Shown one piece after another: positions 56,461 through 64,000 of a stretch of 64,000 nt of DNA. Source of the DNA: Spirogloea muscicola (lineage: Eukaryota); the NCBI GenBank assembly GCA_009602725.1, contig WELB01000013.1, positions 126,464 to 190,463 of the forward strand, in the 5' to 3' direction. The notes beneath the pieces are model-generated. The model did not search any database, was not told the origin of the DNA, and was given only the letters and a program-made list of their open reading frames with translations. How positions within the stretch are numbered: the stretch's first letter is position 1; each line of letters begins with the position of its first letter. A program made the position numbers and the translations under genes.

Positions 56461-57508
56461 CAAGTTTCCATCGCCACTTCTGACGGCGCCGTCGAGTGCC
56501 CCTGGAACTCAAGGCTGGCGCCGATTTCTCCGCGCCGTTGTCCGACGAGGCGTGCTCAGTGAGCACGATGGCGCCTTTGCCGCCGCTGCTAGGCCCGGCA
56601 GCGCGCTGCAAGGCACGTCCTCAGTGCCAGGATTCCGATCTCGACGTAACTTGCGCTAGCGCTCAGCTCATGAGCTCTTATAAGACTGAGTGCCTGAGCC
56701 GCCGCGCCAGCGCGCACTGGAAGGAAGTGGAGGAGAGGTTCAGGGTTTCAGCTTACATTAGTGGCGTAGGAATCGGCAGACGACTGCCAAAGCTTCCACT
56801 CCAAAGCTCACTACTTAGGCCTTCACCTCCAACGACGTGGAGGATCCGCAGCAAGACCGAACTCAGACGACCCAGGATGTCGGCTCCTAGGGCTGTTCAC
56901 TTGACTGCCAAGGTCTCGCAGGAATGTCGAGCAGGACACAATGGTGTCATGTGGCTCAGCTGCAACCAGATCTCATTGCTGGACGTCTGGTGTAGGAGCT
57001 TCTCGAGCACTTCTTCAAGAGCATGATAGGAGCCAGACATGTGTACTGCACTTTGGGGCGCTGCGCTGGCACTGTGATTGCCTTTGACACTTCCTAAGGC
57101 CAAGCGAAGGCGGGAGGCAGGGAGGTGCTTGCAAGAGCCAGCCAGCAATTCGCCACACAGACACCAAACAGACGCCTAGCCTGCGCCTGTCTACTAGACC
57201 CTTTGCAACAGCTGGCGCTGAGCCTGCCGGCATTGAGGGGAAGCTCCGTTTTGGCCACTGCCAAAGCACCAGTGCAATGGCTTTCGCCTGAACAGTGCAT
57301 TGGCATAAAGAGGCCTTCCTTACACTTCATGCGCACAGCACACCTTTTCCCCCTCCTAGAACGTGCGCATTGTCCCCCCACCCCCTACACTCCGCCCCGG
57401 TGGACTATCGGAATATAGGATCTCAGTTATAGGTGTTAAGAGTAAGTAGTCTAGACACAACATGATATCAATATGACATCGGGCAGGCCATCACCAGCAC
57501 TGGCAGCC

Positions 57509-60500
57509 TCACACTGCCGAGTCCTGTGACCTCGACTGACTGCGGGAGTCATAACCAAGCTGGAACCAGCGCAGCGCAGTGTGCCGCGCCGCCAGGGTCA
57601 TGGTGCTCACAAAGAGCATGCCGCCCCCCACCATGACCCCCAGCCTGCAATGAGAGAGTGGACGTGAGCAAAACCATCAACTGAAAGGATATAGTGGGAC
57701 AGTATAATCTGATTCAGTGTTGGGGTACACAGAACATCTTAAGACAAGGTCATTTTGCCAAACCAAGGTGTTCAGCTTTAAGATGTGGCCCAGACACCTG
57801 GCGTGAACCTCAGTATGTATAGCAAAACGCAGCTGAAAGCAAAGACGACTTTTATCAGAGGCTGGTGATGTGGACCATTTGGCCAAGAAGCCAGAGCTCC
57901 TGATTGCAGTAGGCAAGCAAAGAAGATATGTTTAACGCAGAGGCGGCTCTAATTGCACCTTGCAAATAGCGCCGTGACATGGAGGACAAAAGGCGTAGCC
58001 GGCACGAGCAAAGCAAGGACCATCATGCCCAGCGCACACGCTGCAGTCTCACTTTCCCAGTCGGGGACCTTGCTGTGCACTGCCACCGCACATGAGGCCA
58101 CGCCGCCACACTCAGCGGCAAGGTCCATGCAAGCAATAAACTGAGTGTAACGGCAGCACAACCAGAAAACCCACGTGCAAGCATAACGCTGCAACAACGC
58201 TCGTGGTGAAAAAGCCAAGAATGGGTAAGAATGTGGATGAGTAGGGCAAAAGTTAACGACTTAGAGTTCTTCTCAGCCTCAGGCAGTAGGTAAGCACAAC
58301 CAGCAACTTTTTGAAGGGCAAGCATGAGGTTGTGACGGTGCCCAGCAACACCTTTGCTGGGCCCAGGCCTCTCTTCGGGAAGCTCAAGGGCAGCGGCGCC
58401 GGCAGCGGCACGTCCCCAGGCGTGGAAAAGCGCCAAGGTGCGCCCATAAGCGAGCAGGAAGAGCAGGAATGTCCACTCGTACATGAGCAGCACACCAGTC
58501 CATGGCATCACCTACAGCAAAAGGAAGAAGAGCTTGATCTCACAAGTACAACAGAATGCACGTATAAGCGTTGGCCTCACCAGACGTTCTCCACTGGCTA
58601 GACAACAGAATGCGCACATCTGAAACGATTCTCACTGTGAACTCAACGGGGATACAATTGGATAGAGACAACGGTTGCTAGATGTCCAGCTTGGAGGCTC
58701 ACACAGCGCATATCACCTGGCGGGGGATGAGACTCATGGCGGTCGCCCATGCGCCGAGCGTGTAAACGAAGCAGGCCGCTACCGCAAGTGGCACTACCAT
58801 CGCCGGTGCCGTGCGCCCTACCACTGAGAAACTGGCCACCCCGGCAGCCCCCATGTACTGCACAGAGGATGAACGGAGCAACGCTCGAGCCTCACCTCAC
58901 GCAGGGCATGCCGCTACCGCGAGTATAGGCAGTGCAGGCTGCAGGTCCAGCGAGGGCAGCTGACCATGGGGCTTGTGGAGGACAACGGCGCCGCGCCGTT
59001 GCCTTGCACAGACGAGTACAGGGGGCTGCCGGCTGGCCGGTACTTGTGCCACAGCTGCCGCGCAATGTTGCCAATGTACGACCCCTTGCACAGGAGCTGG
59101 ATGGCCTCCGCGCACGCCTGCAGCCGCCACGGCAGCACCATCCCATCAGGCTGATGCGTCAGCAGTGCCACAACAGCCCACCTGCGTCAGCGCTGCCAAG
59201 GTGAACACCAACAGGTGCCTCTGTAACCGAGGCCGTTTGCCAGCTGGGATGTCAAGGGAGGCGCAATGACATTGCCGCACTTCAGCAGCTTTTGAGCGCG
59301 CCGAGAGGCAAGAGCTCCACCTGCATGACCATGCGGCGATGGAGGAAGGCTACCACAGCCACCGGGAGGAGGAACAGCGCACGGACATACGCCAGCTGCC
59401 TCGGGTTGCGACCGCGTTCCGTGCCCTGGCCGTGCCCCGGCAGCCGCGACCGGAACTCCTGACATGGGGCAACACCCGCACAGACACAACATCAGACCTC
59501 AGGAGCTCATAACTGCAGCTGTGTGGCAGGACGTGGAGGGCGTGCGTGGGCAAGCAGTGCACCTGCCATTGCTGGACGGGCGTGAGGAGCCAGGAGGTCC
59601 ACCAGTCCCACGGCTTCAGTGGGCCCAACGTGAAGTGCACGACGCGGATGAGGGCCTCGTCCACCATCCACTACCGAATAGCGACGAGGGTGGCCAGTGA
59701 AAGAAGGGTAGAGAAGGTGTCAGCTTTCTCGGGCGGCTGCCATGCATAGGCCTGCTGGCTCCCAAGAAGGCATCGAGCACAATAGCTGCCAGACTTCGGG
59801 CGCCGTCCACACCTTGTTGGCGAGCATGAAGAGCCCAACGTCGGCATTGTAGAAGACAGAGAGGCGCTCCATGGCAGGGCTCTGCTCGGCTCGCTGCTTG
59901 GCGGTCAGGCTGGGGTCAAAGAGCAGCGCATTCGGGAAGTCGGGGTAGTACGAGTTTAGGAAGCCCTGGTCGCCTGGGGTGACGAGAGGAACGAGGGATG
60001 TCAGGCGACCTGCTGCTCAGCAAAGACGGGCGGGTCTTGAAGCAGCAGCTGAGGCAGGGAACGAGGCGAAGGAGGGAGGAGGGAGGGAGGAAGAGGGCGG
60101 CACAGTGAGGAAGGAGGGGGGAGGGAGGAGGAAGGGATGGGTGGCCACTGGGCGGCACGCACCGCCTGTGTACGACTCGAGGCTCGTGATCTTGGCGATC
60201 ATGTCGTCGAAGACGCCGGCGTCCGGCTCAACGACCATGACGCCCGAGTTGAGGCGCTCCGAGTGCTTGACGTTGGCGCAGAAGCCGCGGCACAGGAACA
60301 GGTCCTCGATGCTCTTCACCACGATCGTGTCGGCGTCGAGGTACACGACTGCGCCGGAAAGCCGGCGGGCGCCCACGTGGGCAACGTGCACTTCCATGAG
60401 CTCGCTGTCTTGGCGCTTGCGCCGCGGACACAACGGAACGGCTGCTCCCGGACAACCACAGTGAACGCAGAGGCAGCGGCAGCGGCGGCGGCGGCGGCGG

Positions 60501-60995
60501 CGGGGGTGGGCTGTCGCGGCGCACCCTTGTCGTACGCGGTCATGTTGAAGATGCGGAGCTTGGTGTAGACGCCCCAGAAGCGCGCCGGGCGCCGCCGGTT
60601 GGGGTTCGCCACCAGCGAGATGCGCTCCACCAGCCACCCGTCCGCCTGCCCGAGCGCGGCGGCGACGGCGGCGTCGGCGGCGCACAGCTCGCGTCGCCAG
60701 CGGCGCTCGCAGAGCCACCACTACGCCGCAGGCTGCCGCTGCCGCCGCCGCCGCCGACGCGGGGGTTCACGCACCTCGAGGAGGGCGGCGCCGTCGTCGG
60801 TGACGCCGTCGGAGGCGAGGACGACCATGTCCTTGCCGCCATGGCCGGCCTCGCGCAGCGACTGGCCCAGCACGCGCGCGCCCAGCAGGAAGTCGTCGCC
60901 GTACAGCAGCGTCACGTACGCCTCGCGGCGCGGGCCGCCCGCGGCCGCCGGCGCCGCCGGCAGCAGCAGCAGCAGCAGCAGCAGCAGCCGCGGCG
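57509..60995 (-). CDS. IPUT1: Inositol phosphorylceramide glucuronosyltransferase (GT8, PGSIP6/IPUT1); start in the gap
   Basis: AYVTLLYGDDFLLGARVLGQSL, RFWGVYTKLRIFNMT, VVYLDADT (DxD), HSERLNSGVMV, SYTGGDQGFLN, YNADVGLFMLANKW and VHFTLGPLKPWDWWT, followed by multi-TM C-terminal exons (PRQVMPWTGVLLMYEW). Confidence 0.94.
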
Positions 60996-61530
60996 NNNNN
61001 NNNNNNNNNNNNNNNNNNNNNNNNNNNNNNNNNNNNNNNNNNNNNNNNNNNNNNNNNNNNNNNNNNNNNNNNNNNNNNNNNNNNNNNNNNNNNNNNNNNN
61101 NNNNNNNNNNNNNNNNNNNNNNNNNNNNNNNNNNNNNNNNNNNNNNNNNNNNNNNNNNNNNNNNNNNNNNNNNNNNNNNNNNNNNNNNNNNNNNNNNNNN
61201 NNNNNNNNNNNNNNNNNNNNNNNNNNNNNNNNNNNNNNNNNNNNNNNNNNNNNNNNNNNNNNNNNNNNNNNNNNNNNNNNNNNNNNNNNNNNNNNNNNNN
61301 NNNNNNNNNNNNNNNNNNNNNNNNNNNNNNNNNNNNNNNNNNNNNNNNNNNNNNNNNNNNNNNNNNNNNNNNNNNNNNNNNNNNNNNNNNNNNNNNNNNN
61401 NNNNNNNNNNNNNNNNNNNNNNNNNNNNNNNNNNNNNNNNNNNNNNNNNNNNNNNNNNNNNNNNNNNNNNNNNNNNNNNNNNNNNNNNNNNNNNNNNNNN
61501 NNNNNNNNNNNNNNNNNNNNNNNNNNNNNN

Positions 61531-62860
61531 CCGTCTCCCTCCAGCGGTCCATGGCCCACGCCTTGCATCTGCGTGCTGGCCGTGCTCTCGCTGCGGCCTC
61601 CGGCTTTCGTCAGGGGGATAGTTTACCGGCAGCTAGTCTGTCGGATGTGAGGCTCCTCACTCGTAACTACTAAGTGGTCCATCCTCCCCCGTTCTGCCAT
61701 AGCCTCTTCAGGCCCCGCAGTCGCTGCTTAGCTCGTAGTTTGGCCCCTTCGAACCTTGTCAATTCTTTTCGGGCTGGCTTCTCACAGCCCTTGCCCCCAT
61801 TGGGAGAGCCACTTCTTCTTCTTTGCCAGCCCCTCTTCTCTGTGGGCGAGCACTTTCTTCTTTTTTTCTTTGGGCTGGCCTCCCGTACTTTGGCCCCTTC
61901 AAACCTTGTGTCAATCATTTGTTCGGGCTGGCTAATCACAGCCCTTGCCCCCATTGGGAGAGCCACTTCTTCTCACAGCAATTGCCTTCGCTTGGAAGAG
62001 TTCCCTCCCTCCCTCCCCCGTTCTGCCATAGCCTCTTAAGGCCCCGCAATCGCTGCTTAGCTTGTAATTTGGCCCCTTCGAACCTTGTCAATTCTATTCG
62101 GGCTGGCTTCTCACAGCCCTTGCCCCCATTGGGAGAGCCAATTCTTCACTTGGAAGAGTTGTTTCTCGGAGTCGCTGTGTGCTTTGGCGCTTTTCGCGAG
62201 CAGGCCGTGCTATGGCCGCCGCCTCGGGGTCCTCGGCGGAGTGCCTCTTTCCCTGCAGCGAGCTACTCAGACCTGATGTTGCTCACTCGTGGATACTGAG
62301 CTTCCCTCTGCATCGTCTGTGTTCTGCAGTGTTTTGTAGTGTAGTCCTCTTTGGCTTTGGACATTGTCCATTCTTTATTGGGCTGGCTTTGCCAGCCCCT
62401 CTTCTCTATGGGCGCGCACTTCTTCTCTCTGGCCCCTTCGGACTTTGTACATTGATCTACACTAACTGCTCATCACAGCCATCACACAACGGCTCTTCAA
62501 GTATGAGGCAGGGGCTGTGGATAGCCAGCCAGCCCAGAAGAAGTGGACAAGGTCCCAAGGGCCGAAAGGCGCCGAAACCACACAGCTATGCAAGAGACTA
62601 CAGCGGATGGGAGCATAGTAATGCCGAGTTAGCAGCAGCAAGTCGGAGTACCTTGCAGCTGGAAAAGAGGCATCCCGACGAGACCCAGAAGCAGCAGCCA
62701 CAGCTCGGCCTGCCCGCAAGTGCATTGCGTGAGCCAGGGTGGCCAGCCCGAACGATTGGACAAGCTGGGGGGCAAGAGCCTTTTTCAGGAGGCGATGACT
62801 GTGTCAGAAAAGAAACGCTTCAGGGGGGGGCGGTGCCTGTTAAAGGCCAGCCTAAAAAGA
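61531..62860. mobile_element. Cluster 3 of nested, 5'-truncated non-LTR retroelement 3' ends
   Basis: 61531-61823 (+) encodes VSLQRSMAHALHLRAGRALAAASGFRQGDSLPAASLSDVRLLTRNY* followed by a 3' UTR and (TTC)n. Further 3'-UTR copies lie at ~61885-61972 and ~62010-62147. A copy at ~62185-62428 (+) ends SYSDLMLLTRGY*, and one at ~62520-62742 (-) reads TLAHAMHLRAGRAVAAASGSRRDASFPAARYSDLLLLTRHY. Confidence 0.8.
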
Positions 62861-63311
62861 ATGACAGTAAAGGGGAAGCCCCAGCATGGTATGCAAACAG
62901 CAGAAATCAGTGGCTGCAACAAAGTACTTCTCAGCAACCTCAACTTTCAATCCGCAAGTAGGTATGGATGAGCTGGGAAGGAGTCGGCCCAGGAGAGAGG
63001 GCGCCAGGGAAGTGTCTAGACAAGCGAGGGAGAGAGACAGTAAACGAGGGGATGCACAATATAGGGCGATGTGGCATCAAAACAGATTCGTCTTGGCAGC
63101 CCAGAATCAGACAAATAGAGACACACTAAATGAGCCTAAGAGTGGTCTCTCTAGCACGACGTGGTTGTCCAACGGTCATGCAGAGTGATCTGGCCACATA
63201 AAGCGGCCTCCTAGCACCTGCATCGTGGCAGGCGCTTGTCGTCTCGGCCGCCAAGTCGTCCCGACGGCTCAGTGGCCTGCACCTGCAAGATCTTGAGGAT
63301 ATTATGTTGGT

Positions 63312-64000
63312 CTAGAATGCATACGAGGCGATGTACGCCGTCTCGAGCGTCGGCGCCATCCACGCTGGAAGCGCAGCAAACGCTGCCTCAAATGCAGCGC
63401 CCATGTCAGTGCTCGCTGCGAGGTCCATGACTGCCAGGTCGGCCAGGAGTGCGCCACTGTCCACCACCTGCAGTGGGGCCCCGGCCGTTTGTCACACTTC
63501 ATAATCAGTACTTGCGTCCAGGACTTTAGAATGCATGCACTACACCATGACATATCACATGTTGGAGGTGCACTTATGTGATTGCGATTCACTATGAGCA
63601 ATCAAAATCATGTCGCATTCTCAATGTATTCTCAGACAGAATGACAGACCAAGGAGCATACGGGCCACGGCATGCCAGGCGCTCACATCAACCCAGAAGC
63701 TCCATGAGGTGCGACCACTAAATCGGAGGAAGTACGAGGACGGCGACGCCTCTCTTTCTGCTGCCGCGCCTGCGTGGCGAGGAGCTGCGTGGACCCGCCA
63801 TTGTCAGGGGCTTACAGCAGCGGTGGAAGAGGGAGAGCCGTGGCAGCGCAGGAAGGGGAGCAAAGCCGTGCATACTTGGCAGCTGGCTACTGGCGAGCGA
63901 CCACCCGGCGATTGGGCCTGTGACATTGACAACTGCAACCCACACCTGCGCCAGCGCCCTGCCGCGGAGCCACCTCCAGAAGTAGTTAAATAAATATCAG
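63312..64000 (-). CDS. 3' exons of an ER metallopeptidase 1-like (M28) protein, continuing beyond the window
   Basis: VWVAVVNVTGPIAGWSLASSQLP / SPSSYFLRFSGRTSWSFWVD / VVDSGALLADLAVMD...ALPAWMAPTLETAYIASYAF* resembles the C-terminal domain of plant ERMP1-like peptidases. The catalytic domain is not in the window. Confidence 0.7.

Noticed and set aside
56500..57420. Possible small gene between RRP6L and IPUT1
   Set aside because: Only short ORFs with no recognisable motif or convincing exon chain are present.

Overview
Eukaryotic, gene-dense, intron-rich and GC-rich genomic DNA from a draft assembly with five N-runs, four single-N joins and two ~120-nt poly-T tracts. Gene content (ISA1, PRR, Em-type LEA, IPUT1, full-size ABCG/PDR) together with short introns lacking strong polypyrimidine tracts points to a streptophyte, most plausibly a streptophyte green alga such as a zygnematophyte (inference). 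Sixteen spliced protein-coding genes can be assembled by eye: ORMDL, IF-3, ABCG/PDR, prolyl 4-hydroxylase, Em/LEA, DUF2045, AVT6-like transporter, PRR, ISA1, a divergent heme oxygenase-like protein, rhomboid-like/UBA, EFM4/METTL10, DUF1348, RRP6L, IPUT1 and the 3' end of an ERMP1-like peptidase. The most notable structure not explained by genes is three intergenic clusters (~17.0-18.1, 47.7-49.0 and 61.5-62.9 kb). They consist almost entirely of nested, 5'-truncated 3' ends of several subfamilies of one putative non-LTR retroelement, sharing a C-terminal peptide, a GGGCTG/CAGCCC 3'-UTR hairpin and pyrimidine (TTC) tails, and they insert into each other with short target-site duplications. Other notable items are a heme oxygenase-like protein with its proximal His apparently replaced by Asp, an Em promoter with ABRE/CE3/DRE motifs, a PRR retaining the phospho-acceptor Asp, an intron-containing DUF1348 gene (possible horizontal transfer) and frequent GC-AG introns. 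All family assignments come from motif recognition, not database searches.
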